Assembly: GCA_023268635.1 (NCBI GenBank)
Contig: JALQUB010000077.1
Coordinates: 34,283 to 98,282 of the forward strand
DNA: 64,000 bases
Source of the DNA: Pseudomonadales bacterium
Lineage (GTDB): Bacteria; Pseudomonadota; Gammaproteobacteria; Pseudomonadales; Pseudohongiellaceae
Reading direction: 5' to 3'
Shown: positions 19,447-28,726 of the stretch, piece by piece
How positions within the stretch are numbered: the stretch's first letter is position 1
Layout: the number at the start of each line of letters is the position of its first letter
The notes under the pieces: generated by a model
Database searches by the model: none
Told to the model about the DNA's origin: nothing
What the model saw: the letters and a program-made list of their open reading frames with translations, nothing else
Program-made: the position numbers and the translations under genes

Positions 19447-20319
19447 ATGAAATTCAACACGCTACTTTGGCAAATCGAAGACAACATACTCACGCTGACA
19501 CTCAACCGTCCAGATAAAATGAATTCATTCACCGTAGAGATGGCTAAAGAGTTAATCGCAGCATTCGAGGCCGCCAGCGAGGATGACAGCGTCCGTGCGA
19601 TCGTCGTCACAGGGGCAGGCAAAGCATTCTGCGCAGGTATGGACCTCTCCTCCGAGGGCAACGTTTTCGGACTAGACGAGACTCTGAAACCGACGATGGA
19701 TGACATGCGCCACCGCCTTCATGATCCGCAAATCGAAGAAGGAGTACGCGATACAGGAGGACAGCTCACGCTTGCTATTTACCAGTGTAAAAAGCCCGTC
19801 ATTGCCGCAATCAACGGTGCGGCGGTGGGTATCGGCGCCACGATGACCTGCGCGATGGACATCCGCATCGTATGCGAGCGGACCCGAGTAGGATTTGTGT
19901 TCAATAAAATAGGCATCACTCCCGAAGCCTGCTCATCGTGGTTTTTGCCCCGCATTGTCAACATGGGCACCGCCCTTGAGTGGGTGTACAGCGGCGACCT
20001 GATCGAAGCCGAAGAACTCAAGGAGCGCGGCTTCGCCAATCACGTCGAAACAAGCGAGACCTTATTAGAGCGTGCTTATTCGATCGCTAAGCGCATTACT
20101 CAGCATAGCGCGGTTGCGATAGCGCTCAGCCGTCAGATGATGTATCGCAACGCCGCTCAGCCTCACCCAATAGAAGCACATCGCGTCGATTCGCTCGCGA
20201 TATTTTATGCAAGCCAAACCAGTGGCAAAGAGGGCGTGAGTGCATTCCTTGAGAAACGACAAGCCGAGTACACCGACAAGGCATCGAGCGATATGCCCCC
20301 TTTCTATCCTTGGTGGTAA
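19447..20319 (+). CDS. Enoyl-CoA hydratase/isomerase family protein
   Basis: Crotonase-fold blocks VVTGAGKAFCAGMDL and INGAAVGIGATM. Confidence 0.8.
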   Translation: MKFNTLLWQIEDNILTLTLNRPDKMNSFTVEMAKELIAAFEAASEDDSVRAIVVTGAGKAFCAGMDLSSEGNVFGLDETLKPTMDDMRHRLHDPQIEEGVRDTGGQLTLAIYQCKKPVIAAINGAAVGIGATMTCAMDIRIVCERTRVGFVFNKIGITPEACSSWFLPRIVNMGTALEWVYSGDLIEAEELKERGFANHVETSETLLERAYSIAKRITQHSAVAIALSRQMMYRNAAQPHPIEAHRVDSLAIFYASQTSGKEGVSAFLEKRQAEYTDKASSDMPPFYPWW

Positions 20320-20490
20320 GTTGAATTCCGGCGAGCTAGACCCATATAAGGGGTAAGCGATGGATTTTGTAATAGCCGTCGATAGTGTTTAAAGTAGTCT
20401 CTGTATTCCCGTGCTTCGGCAGGTACTCATTGTGCAGGTCGGACCGAGGGAACGCAGAGTAAATTCGACAAAACCGCAGGAGATTCGGCG

Positions 20491-20862
20491 ATGATTATGG
20501 TGCAGTCCACATTCTTCCTAGTCGATGAAACAAAGGATGACGCGCTAGCGCTGATGCGAGTCATGGTGCAACAATCGCGCCGCGAGAGCGGCTGCGTAAG
20601 CTACGAGTATTTCGCTGGCATCACCGAAACCAATCAAGTAGTACTGCTCCAAGAGTGGACTGATGCAGAGAGTCTCCAAGACCACTACCAGAGCGCACAC
20701 ATGGAAGAGTTCCTAGCCAAGCTCGGACTCTATCTTGAGAGCGAGGTGATTACGCGCACATACGCGTCTCCGGACGAACCAATCGCCAAACGTGCAGACG
20801 CCCGCGACAAGGCCGAACGAAAGCTTCGCGCAGCCAATAAGGCACCTCAAACCATTCACTAG
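20491..20862 (+). CDS. ABM-domain (antibiotic biosynthesis monooxygenase-like) protein with a basic C-terminal tail
   Basis: The pattern ..SGCVSYEYF......VVLLQEWTDAESLQDHYQSAHMEEF.. is typical of YgiN-like ABM domains. AGGAG lies 9 nt upstream. Confidence 0.65.
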   Translation: MIMVQSTFFLVDETKDDALALMRVMVQQSRRESGCVSYEYFAGITETNQVVLLQEWTDAESLQDHYQSAHMEEFLAKLGLYLESEVITRTYASPDEPIAKRADARDKAERKLRAANKAPQTIH

Positions 20863-20923
20863 CATCGAAAGATGCTTTAGCCTTTGATATCTTCTAAATA
20901 TCGGACCGAGAGACAGTTGCGTT

Positions 20924-22264
20924 ATGTTCTACACTCAAGTTGAAGGACGGCGCAATCCTGTCAGTGACGAAGAGTCTACACTCCTCGCCAAATGGCGATT
21001 ATCAACCTTTTGGGTCATGCTCATTGGCTACATCGGTTACTACCTTTGCCGCGGCAATCTCTCAGCAGCATTCCCTTTACTCGAGCAGGAATTCGGTTAC
21101 TCTAACACCCAACTTGGACTCATAGTCTCCTTATCGGAGATCGCCTACGCGGCCGGGAAATTCATTAACGGCCCCCTCGCAGACCGCCTCGGAGGGCGCC
21201 GAATTTTTCTCGTCGGCATGGCAGGCGCCGTCTTCTGGAACCTCATCTTCGCTCTCTCAAGCACGCTCACCACGTTTATTATTGTGTGGTGTTGCTGCCG
21301 TTATTTCCTATCCATGGGCTGGGGAGGTCTCACCAAGACCATAGGCTCTTGGTATTCGAGCGATAAGAATGGCCGCGTGATGGGCGCTATTAGCGTGAGC
21401 TTCCAATTCGGTGGCGCAATCGCCGCGCTGTTCGCTGGTTTTCTTGTCTCAATTGGCGTCGGCTGGCAGGGCGTGTTCGTCTATCCAGCGATTCTTCTCA
21501 GCGTGATTTGGATCTGGGCATTCTTCGCATCGCGGGGGCATCCGAGCGACGTGGTGGAGGGCGCGATCGCGCTGGAGGGTGAAACCGCGAAGAAGCAACT
21601 CGCAGATTATGGTGACGAAGACTCCCCTAATGTGAGAACAATTCTCAGAACCTTGCTCAAGATGCCCATTTATCGAGAGCTGCTGCTATTCAGTTTCCTC
21701 ACCACGTTACTACGCTCGGTATTCCTTATCTGGACACCCAAATTCCTATTCGATATCGGTCAGGGAGCGAGTGCCGCAATCCTAAAATCGGCCATATTCC
21801 CTCTGCTGGGTGTAGCCGGCACACTCTTTATCGGCTGGTACACGGACCACCACGCCCGCAACGGTGATCGAGCGCGCATGATGTGGATGATGCTTGCCAT
21901 GCTCGTACTCTGCACCTTGGCCATCTCTATCCTCAGCCTCTCTGAAACCCCTAACTACAATCTCATTATTATTTTCTTAGGCGGCAGCGGCTTCTTCCTG
22001 CTCGGGCCTTACTCCATGAGCAGCGGAGCGCTGACTCTCGACATCGCGGGCGCCAAAGGTGCAGGTTCTTGCACGGGAATAATCGACGGGATGGGTTATA
22101 TCGGGGGCGCCATCGCCGCCTTCGCGGCCGGCGCAATGTCCGATACCTTAGGTTGGTCTCAAGTCTTCTTAGTGCTCACCGGTTTCGCCTTTGTATCCAC
22201 TCTGAGCGCCTATAGCATGAGTCGTGGTTTCCAGAAAATTGCTGCGGCCAATCAAACTCACTGA
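20924..22264 (+). CDS. MFS transporter, organophosphate:Pi antiporter (GlpT/UhpC)-like
   Basis: YIGYYLCRGNLSAAFPLL and GKFINGPLADRLGGRR align with the N-terminal motifs of GlpT/UhpT-family transporters. About 12 helices. Confidence 0.7.
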   Translation: MFYTQVEGRRNPVSDEESTLLAKWRLSTFWVMLIGYIGYYLCRGNLSAAFPLLEQEFGYSNTQLGLIVSLSEIAYAAGKFINGPLADRLGGRRIFLVGMAGAVFWNLIFALSSTLTTFIIVWCCCRYFLSMGWGGLTKTIGSWYSSDKNGRVMGAISVSFQFGGAIAALFAGFLVSIGVGWQGVFVYPAILLSVIWIWAFFASRGHPSDVVEGAIALEGETAKKQLADYGDEDSPNVRTILRTLLKMPIYRELLLFSFLTTLLRSVFLIWTPKFLFDIGQGASAAILKSAIFPLLGVAGTLFIGWYTDHHARNGDRARMMWMMLAMLVLCTLAISILSLSETPNYNLIIIFLGGSGFFLLGPYSMSSGALTLDIAGAKGAGSCTGIIDGMGYIGGAIAAFAAGAMSDTLGWSQVFLVLTGFAFVSTLSAYSMSRGFQKIAAANQTH

Positions 22265-23640
22265 TCGAACTCACCGGCATCGAGTCGCGCAAAATATTTA
22301 CGCGCCACTTTCTTCACTTGAGGCGCCAGCAACAATGTCGAAACCATCGTTGGGATCGCCATGGTCGCGTAAGCGCCATCGAGCAGGTTAATCACAATCT
22401 CTAGGGATACCACCGAACCCGCTACGATCAGCAACATGTAAGCCCACATATAGTAGCGCTCGCGCTTGCTGCCGAATAAGAAACCCATACATTTGCTGCC
22501 GTAGTACCAGTAAGTCAGTACCGTCGTCATGCTAAGCACGAAAACCATAATCAATAGCAAATAAGAACCGTAGCCAGGGAACACTTGCTCATAGGCCTCT
22601 GCTGCCATAGTGACTCCTTGCGCACCTCCTTCCCATGCGCCAGTCGCCAACAGAGTAAGCGCCGTACAAGTACACACTATGAGCGTATCGGCAATTGGAC
22701 CGACCATAGCCACCAATCCCTCACGCGCGGGCTCACTCGTTTTCGCCGCGCCATGCGCCAGCGACTCCGTGCCTATACCGGCCTCGTTCGAGAAAGCGCC
22801 ACGTTGCACGCCGATGAGTATCACTGTGCCAATCATGCCTCCCGAGACAGCCTGCCCACTGAAGGCATCGCTCACGATGAGCCATAGCATCGCTGGAATT
22901 TGTCCCGCGTGACTCACGAGGAGAATCACCGTGATCACAAAATAAAATAACACCATGGCCGGCACCATCTTGCCGGCAACCGCCGACACGCGTTTGACGT
23001 TACCAGCCGCAACCCAAAATACGATCGCTGCGAGCACCAAGCCGAGGATAAAGTCGAAATTAAAATGCGACTCCGCTGAAGTGAGGCCATTCGGGATGGC
23101 GACGGTGTCGCGAATAATTTGCACTAGTTGATTGATCTGAAACACAGGCAAGGTGCCAACCATGCCGGCAATAGCAAAAAGCCAAGCCAACGGGAGCCAT
23201 TGTCGCCCCAAGCCCTCGCGGATGATATACATCGGACCACCCTGCAGATGCCCCGCATCGTCGTTACCACGATAAAGAATCGCGAGAGTCGCCGTGTAAA
23301 ACTTTGTGCTGATCCCGACGATCGCCGTCACCCACATCCAAAAGATAGCCCCCGGACCACCCACTGTAAGCGCCACTGCAACACCGGTGATATTGCCAAG
23401 TCCCATAGTGCCCGCGAGCGCAGTCGCCAAGGCAAGATAGTGGGAAATGTCTCCGCCCGCGGACGTCGAGTCATCATTAAACTTACCACGCAGGAGATCA
23501 AAGCTGTGTCGGAAATAACGGAAATGGCGCAGCTGCGAATGCAGCATGAAGAACAGGCCTCCACCGACTAGCAGAACAACGAGCGGGAGGCCCCACATGA
23601 AACTTGCGTAGGCCGAGACAGCCGCTTCGATCTGTTGCAT
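22258..23640 (-). CDS. Alanine/glycine:cation symporter (AGCS family)
   Basis: The GGPGAIFWMW signature block and FSNEAGIGT, 460 aa. Its 3' end overlaps the convergent MFS gene by 7 nt. Confidence 0.85.
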   Translation of the reverse strand: MQQIEAAVSAYASFMWGLPLVVLLVGGGLFFMLHSQLRHFRYFRHSFDLLRGKFNDDSTSAGGDISHYLALATALAGTMGLGNITGVAVALTVGGPGAIFWMWVTAIVGISTKFYTATLAILYRGNDDAGHLQGGPMYIIREGLGRQWLPLAWLFAIAGMVGTLPVFQINQLVQIIRDTVAIPNGLTSAESHFNFDFILGLVLAAIVFWVAAGNVKRVSAVAGKMVPAMVLFYFVITVILLVSHAGQIPAMLWLIVSDAFSGQAVSGGMIGTVILIGVQRGAFSNEAGIGTESLAHGAAKTSEPAREGLVAMVGPIADTLIVCTCTALTLLATGAWEGGAQGVTMAAEAYEQVFPGYGSYLLLIMVFVLSMTTVLTYWYYGSKCMGFLFGSKRERYYMWAYMLLIVAGSVVSLEIVINLLDGAYATMAIPTMVSTLLLAPQVKKVARKYFARLDAGEFDQ

Positions 23641-23676
23641 TGGCCAGCGGCCCTCTATTGCTATGAATTTGGCGTA

Positions 23677-24723
23677 TTACTTGGAATCTGCTTCTTGACG
23701 ACGCTCTCCGGCAAGAATAGCGCGCATCGCATAATTCCCTTCGTGGCAGGCGTATTCGTAGAGTTCTGAATCTCCATACATCGGCAACTCACCTGTCCAC
23801 GGCTCCGAGTAGAGTTCGGGATCGGCTATTGTAAACGAATAGTGAAGCTTCTGTTCTTCTACCCGTGTGAAGCGCTCGGTCAGATGCACTCCTTCCGAGA
23901 TCAAACGCTCTTTCTGCACCTGCCAAGGGTTAAAATTTTTAGTCTCAACGACGAGGGTATCCCCATCGTAATAACCGATAGAATCCCCCAGCCATTTTTC
24001 ATACGGGAGTTCTTTGAACTCTTGGTCGATGCGAACAATGCGCGCATTGTGGACCATCTCGGCTAGCAACATCACGTGCGTCGGCGACTGCACGATCTGC
24101 ATATTATTATTGTAGAGACTACTCAGGAATGGCGCTGTGGATGAGAAACTAACCAAGCAGCGATCGGACAATGTTCTACCCTCGGGACCATCACTCTCCG
24201 CTCTTCCCATCGGCAAATCGTCCTGCTGCGCCGCACGTAGAGCCTTACCGTCCTCACGCCAGGGGATTTTCCCATCTTCTGGATAAGTGATGATCGAAGT
24301 TCTGTACATGCCGTTCATGAATGACAAGGTATCGCCCGGCGTGATCCAGAACCCATTGTAACCGCCGACATTGTGCGGGCCGGGACGTTCGGCACCGGTC
24401 TCCTCGAGAAAGGCGATGTAGTCAGGCGTCGAGACCATCGTCTCAAGCATCTCCTGCTCGGAGATTTCTAATTTCCCATTGTAGTTATCTGGGCGCTCTA
24501 AGGACGAGCGGGTCTGATAATTCCAAGTCCCTTGAAGATTAGGCACACCCCAACTTAACTGAGGCGCCTGCCAAGAATCGGCGGCCTGCGCACTCACCGA
24601 CTCTGGCAATGCGCTCGACATGATTGCCGCCGCACTGACAGCGGCAATCAACGCCCGATGAGTTGTGAGGAAAGTGCGAATCGTTCGATCGGCTCTGGCT
24701 AGAGACATTGTTTTCGCCCTCAT
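23677..24723 (-). CDS. Secreted protein of an uncharacterised family (paralogue 2; YEYACHEGNYA motif)
   Basis: Long N-terminal signal region ending ..SVSAQAAD, and a full-length by-eye alignment to 13811..14842. GAGGG lies 8 nt before the ATG at 24708, so the real start may be there (MSLARADR..). Confidence 0.7.
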   Translation of the reverse strand: MRAKTMSLARADRTIRTFLTTHRALIAAVSAAAIMSSALPESVSAQAADSWQAPQLSWGVPNLQGTWNYQTRSSLERPDNYNGKLEISEQEMLETMVSTPDYIAFLEETGAERPGPHNVGGYNGFWITPGDTLSFMNGMYRTSIITYPEDGKIPWREDGKALRAAQQDDLPMGRAESDGPEGRTLSDRCLVSFSSTAPFLSSLYNNNMQIVQSPTHVMLLAEMVHNARIVRIDQEFKELPYEKWLGDSIGYYDGDTLVVETKNFNPWQVQKERLISEGVHLTERFTRVEEQKLHYSFTIADPELYSEPWTGELPMYGDSELYEYACHEGNYAMRAILAGERRQEADSK

Positions 24724-24806
24724 TAGTGATAATTGTTGATCAATTATTCAGACAAGGATTCAGGCTAACTCAGCATCAAGCTCTCTTGCAAGCGAACAAA
24801 CGTTGG

Positions 24807-27209
24807 CTAGGGGATGTTATCGGCGAAACGGAATTCGGCCACCGGTTCAACATTCGCAAGGTGTCGAAGGAAATAATCCCAACGCTTCTTCATGAAGTAG
24901 CGTGAATTTCCGAAGCCGTGATTAGCCTCGGGCAGTAATAGCAAGTCAAAATCCTTCTCTGCCTCGATGAGTGCTTGCACCACTAGTAACGTATTCGAAG
25001 GATGTACATTATCGTCCATCAAACCATGAGCGAGCAGCAACTTGCCCTCTAAGCGACCGGCTAACAACTGATTCGCCTGACCATCGTAGTTCGTGACTTC
25101 CTTACTCGCTTCGCTCGCATCATCTGCGGAAACTTCTTCGACTACACGGCTCTCTAATAAGCCCTGCCATTTCTCACCCCAATCGTCTTCGTAATTGCGG
25201 TTATCGTGATTGCCCGCGCCCGACACCGCAACTTTATAAAATTCAGGATAACGTAGAATCGCCGCAGTAGAGGCGAAGCCGCCACCGGAGTGTCCCCAAA
25301 TTCCTACGCGATCTAGGTCCATCCAAGGACGAGACTCGGCGAGTTCTCGGATTCCCGCGACTTGATCAGGTAAGCCGTTATCGCCCATATCTCCATAGTA
25401 AGCATCATGGAATGACTTCGATCGTCCTGGCGTCCCCATGGCGTCGAGTTCGACGACTATAAAACCGAGCTCCGCCACCGCCTGTTTATCGCGACGCGCG
25501 GCGCTGAATGCTCGACTCCCGACACTCCCTGTTTGCGGGCCGGGATAGAGATAGTTAAGCACCGGATATTTCTTAGAGGCGTCGAAATTTGATGGCTTAT
25601 AGAGCAAGCCATAGATATCGGTGAGCCTATCACGCGCTTTTGTGATGAAGGGTTCCGGAGCAACCCAACCTGCGGTGATCAGCGAATCCAGTGAAGGACG
25701 CGCTAATTCCATCAGCACTTGTCCTTCCGCATTCCTCAGGACAGAGACTGGAGGAAGTGTCGGCGTCGAGTAACTGTCGAGTATCAGCGACTCACTCGGA
25801 GACAGACTCAGCTCATGATGCGCAAGTTCCGGCGTGAGTAGTGTAGGTTCACCACCATCGAGACTGACACGATAGAGATACTGAAAATATGGGTCACTCT
25901 CTTCACGATTGGAACCTATAAAAGTCACCTGTCGAGCCTGCTCATCGATAGCCAAGACTTGTAGGACCGCCCAATCCCCACTTGTCAGCTGTCGCTTTAT
26001 CTCACCACTACCCAGGTCACCAAGATAGAGATGACCCCAATTACTGTTCTCGGAGAACCACACGAACTCATCACTAGAGTTAAGCACCCGCCAATTTTCC
26101 GTGTCGAAACCAGACTCGTAATAAGTTTCAGTTTCTTCTCGGTAGACATTACGCACTTCACCCGATTCAATATCAGCCATCCTAAGCTGCGCGACTTTGT
26201 GATCACGCGTAGAGGAAACGAATGCGAGTGCATCACTCTGTTTGCTCCATTCGACATCGAGGAACTCGCCTCCGCGACCGGCGATATGATCGGTCGTCGT
26301 CGAGCGCTGGGGCTCAGGAGGTAAATCTAACTTCACCAACCTAGGCTCAGGCTCGATGTGGATGACAATGCGCTCTAACATGAAAACCTGTTCATCACCG
26401 GGCAATGGATATTTCCAAGTCTTCGCCCGACCATGCCCAACTGCCGTTTCCACTAAGGTCAACGTTTTTACCTCGCGGGAGTCTTGACGGAATGTGGCTA
26501 TTTTTCTGGAATCGGGCGACCACAAGAGAACCGGACCCGGATCTTGAATCCATCCAGCGCTATTCGTTGCGTAGCCGTAATCTTCTTCACCATCGAAAGT
26601 CAGCTGGGCTAGCGAATCATCGTCGGTATTCCGCACCCAAAGATTAAAGTCGCGGATGAAAGCGGCGCGCTGTCCATCTGGCGATAAGAATTCATGAGGT
26701 GGTGGCGCAGGAAGAAGCTCCAGCGCCGCATCGAGCTCTGAATAATTTGTCAGCTCGAGCGTGTAACGATCACCACGGAAGCTAAATTTCAGTACTGAAT
26801 CTTTCAACTCGAGAGTACGGAGATCGAGGTCGGCGGGCTCGATGACGTCAGCAAGCCTCGCCGAGAGGAGTTCCGCCAATCGAACGTGGTCGAATAATGT
26901 TTGCGTGCTTGCGGTGGCAGGATCTACTAACACATACTCGCTGCCGTCAATCGTGCGTTGCCTGAGAATGAGTCGATCGTCTTGCTGCCAAAAGTGCGTG
27001 CGGATCTCTCCGGCGAGTAGTGGAGCCATATTCTGCGCGAGCATGCCCTCGGCACGGCGATAATCTTCTAGGGTCACAGCGGCCTCTGTCATCACGGTTG
27101 AACCTGCGGGCGCTTCCTCGTTCTCAGATGGAGCGCAGGAAGGGAGCAATGGAATAAAGCCGACTAGGGCGATGCCAAACAGTCGACGTGAGGAATTAGT
27201 GAAGTTCAT
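24807..27209 (-). CDS. Dipeptidyl-peptidase IV-type serine peptidase (S9B), probable lipoprotein
   Basis: N-terminal beta-propeller-type region plus a C-terminal S9 catalytic domain: GIWGHSGGGF (Ser), GLMDDNVHP (Asp), ANHGF (His). Start set to the ATG at 27209, preceded by GGAG at 6 nt. A lipobox-like LLPSC is present. The track ORF starts at a TTG at 27248. Confidence 0.8.
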   Translation of the reverse strand: MNFTNSSRRLFGIALVGFIPLLPSCAPSENEEAPAGSTVMTEAAVTLEDYRRAEGMLAQNMAPLLAGEIRTHFWQQDDRLILRQRTIDGSEYVLVDPATASTQTLFDHVRLAELLSARLADVIEPADLDLRTLELKDSVLKFSFRGDRYTLELTNYSELDAALELLPAPPPHEFLSPDGQRAAFIRDFNLWVRNTDDDSLAQLTFDGEEDYGYATNSAGWIQDPGPVLLWSPDSRKIATFRQDSREVKTLTLVETAVGHGRAKTWKYPLPGDEQVFMLERIVIHIEPEPRLVKLDLPPEPQRSTTTDHIAGRGGEFLDVEWSKQSDALAFVSSTRDHKVAQLRMADIESGEVRNVYREETETYYESGFDTENWRVLNSSDEFVWFSENSNWGHLYLGDLGSGEIKRQLTSGDWAVLQVLAIDEQARQVTFIGSNREESDPYFQYLYRVSLDGGEPTLLTPELAHHELSLSPSESLILDSYSTPTLPPVSVLRNAEGQVLMELARPSLDSLITAGWVAPEPFITKARDRLTDIYGLLYKPSNFDASKKYPVLNYLYPGPQTGSVGSRAFSAARRDKQAVAELGFIVVELDAMGTPGRSKSFHDAYYGDMGDNGLPDQVAGIRELAESRPWMDLDRVGIWGHSGGGFASTAAILRYPEFYKVAVSGAGNHDNRNYEDDWGEKWQGLLESRVVEEVSADDASEASKEVTNYDGQANQLLAGRLEGKLLLAHGLMDDNVHPSNTLLVVQALIEAEKDFDLLLLPEANHGFGNSRYFMKKRWDYFLRHLANVEPVAEFRFADNIP

Positions 27210-27249
27210 TAGAATCTCCAGAGTGAGCAAACCACTAATCTGAAGCAAA

Positions 27250-28317
27250 TTACAGCAATGCGTCGAGTATTAGGTTTACGGATTCAACGATGCGCTCATC
27301 CCGCGATCGCAAATCAGGAACAAAGCCATAGCCCAACAAATGCTGCAGACCTTCGATATAACGCACAGCTATTTCGTTCGCCTGTTCCTGCGTGAATTGT
27401 TGGTCACGCTCAGTAACCATGCCGCGCGCAAATTCTTTTGAAAACGAAACCGGCTCTCCGTCTCGTGTCACCAGCTCGCCGGAATCATCGATGCGCCAGA
27501 AACGCGAAGAGTCCATCGTATAGAGTTCGTCCGCGGCGACGATCTCGCCCAAACGGTTTATTCCATGTTCGGTCTTGGTATCGACTAACACCATGCCTCG
27601 ATCGCGAAGATGCTCGGTGACCATGCCAAACGCCATGATCGAGGCATTGCGAATCTGGGCATACTGCCCAGCCGTGCACACTCCCGATGCGATTAGCTGT
27701 TCGGAATCCAGCGTCTCATCGACTGCAGCTTTGCTACTTGGCGTGTCGAGCAGATAGGGAAGAATGCCATTCGGCTCGAGCGTATCCACTGCCAACTGAT
27801 GCCCTGCGAAATGCAGCACGCGGTCCCCCGCCTCTTTCGCCGCGAGCCAATGCTGATATAAAGATGTCGAAGTCGAGCTCTTCGCCATGTAGCGTCGCAG
27901 CACGTTTTCTAACATTACGAGCTCTAGATTTTCCGCAGGTATAACCGTGGACGTCGGCGCGAGACCTTCGACTTCGAATTGGGAGGATCCTATGGCGGAC
28001 TTCACCAAATTACGCATGTGTTCATGGTTAAGCGCGAGGACTTGGTCTTTAAATGGAATCGCTCCACGATTGACGTCGTGGGTGGAGATACGATTATTTC
28101 GAAACATGAGCCGAAGCTCGCTGCCTTCGCGAGTCGTCAAGGATCCGCCAAACACAGAGTCTGAGACCTTCCCCTTGAGCACCGTACAGCCTGCTAGCCT
28201 AGGAAGCTCACCATCGCTTATCAGCTCACCGATTGATCGCCCCTGACTCACACTAGTGCCATGTTCGGCGACGAGTTCATGTATTTCTTGGGTGCTCAAG
28301 CGTGTAGGCAGGGTCAT
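27250..28317 (-). CDS. purC: Phosphoribosylaminoimidazole-succinocarboxamide synthase (long-form PurC)
   Basis: SAICAR synthetase blocks ..NNRISTHDV.., LVDTKTEHG, MDSSRFW; 355 aa, the long subtype. Confidence 0.8.
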   Translation of the reverse strand: MTLPTRLSTQEIHELVAEHGTSVSQGRSIGELISDGELPRLAGCTVLKGKVSDSVFGGSLTTREGSELRLMFRNNRISTHDVNRGAIPFKDQVLALNHEHMRNLVKSAIGSSQFEVEGLAPTSTVIPAENLELVMLENVLRRYMAKSSTSTSLYQHWLAAKEAGDRVLHFAGHQLAVDTLEPNGILPYLLDTPSSKAAVDETLDSEQLIASGVCTAGQYAQIRNASIMAFGMVTEHLRDRGMVLVDTKTEHGINRLGEIVAADELYTMDSSRFWRIDDSGELVTRDGEPVSFSKEFARGMVTERDQQFTQEQANEIAVRYIEGLQHLLGYGFVPDLRSRDERIVESVNLILDALL

Positions 28318-28441
28318 TGCGGACTAATCTCTGATCGGTTGGTAAATACGCAAAATTTAGGGCGCATCAAACAAGGCGTAAGTGTAGTCCAGTGGGCAGG
28401 TATCGGCAAAGGGAGGATAGCGAACTACAGAGGAGAAAAAG

Positions 28442-28519
28442 TGGTGCCGCCACCAAGAGTCGAACTCGGGACCTGCTGATTACAAGTCAGCTGCTCTACC
28501 ACGGCTGAGCTATAGCGGC
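28442..28519 (-). tRNA. tRNA-Thr (anticodon UGU)
   Basis: 78-nt cloverleaf on the minus strand: acceptor GCCGCTA/TGGCGGC, D-arm GCTC..GAGC, anticodon stem GCTGA/TCAGC with loop CTTGTAA (anticodon TGT), T-arm CCGAG-TTCGACT-CTTGG, and an encoded 3' CCA. Confidence 0.9.
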
Positions 28520-28566
28520 ACAATGCATGGGAGTTCTCAGAACGATCACCTCCAAACAAGGCGCGC

Positions 28567-28595
28567 AGTTTAACCACATTTGAGGAGGGGTTCAA
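28567..28595 (-). promoter_or_regulatory. Sigma70-type promoter for tRNA-Thr with a GC-rich discriminator
   Basis: The minus strand reads TTGAAC-N17-TAAACT followed by GCGCGCC, about 46 nt upstream of the mature tRNA 5' end. Confidence 0.5.
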
Positions 28596-28726
28596 GAGCC
28601 CCAATCACGTTTTTTTAGTCCACCTAAAAGAAGGGGCTCAAGCCTATCGGTCCAATGTGCTATCTTAGGGCCTCTTTGCCCTACCGCTAGCGACCCTGGC
28701 GAAATTTGAATTCCGAGATCCGTAGC

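Noticed and set aside
28320-28705. tRNA-Thr locus as a possible genomic-island integration site
   Set aside because: The tRNA is flanked directly by purC and pgi. There is no integrase, no duplicated tRNA 3'-end repeat and no foreign-looking genes on either side.
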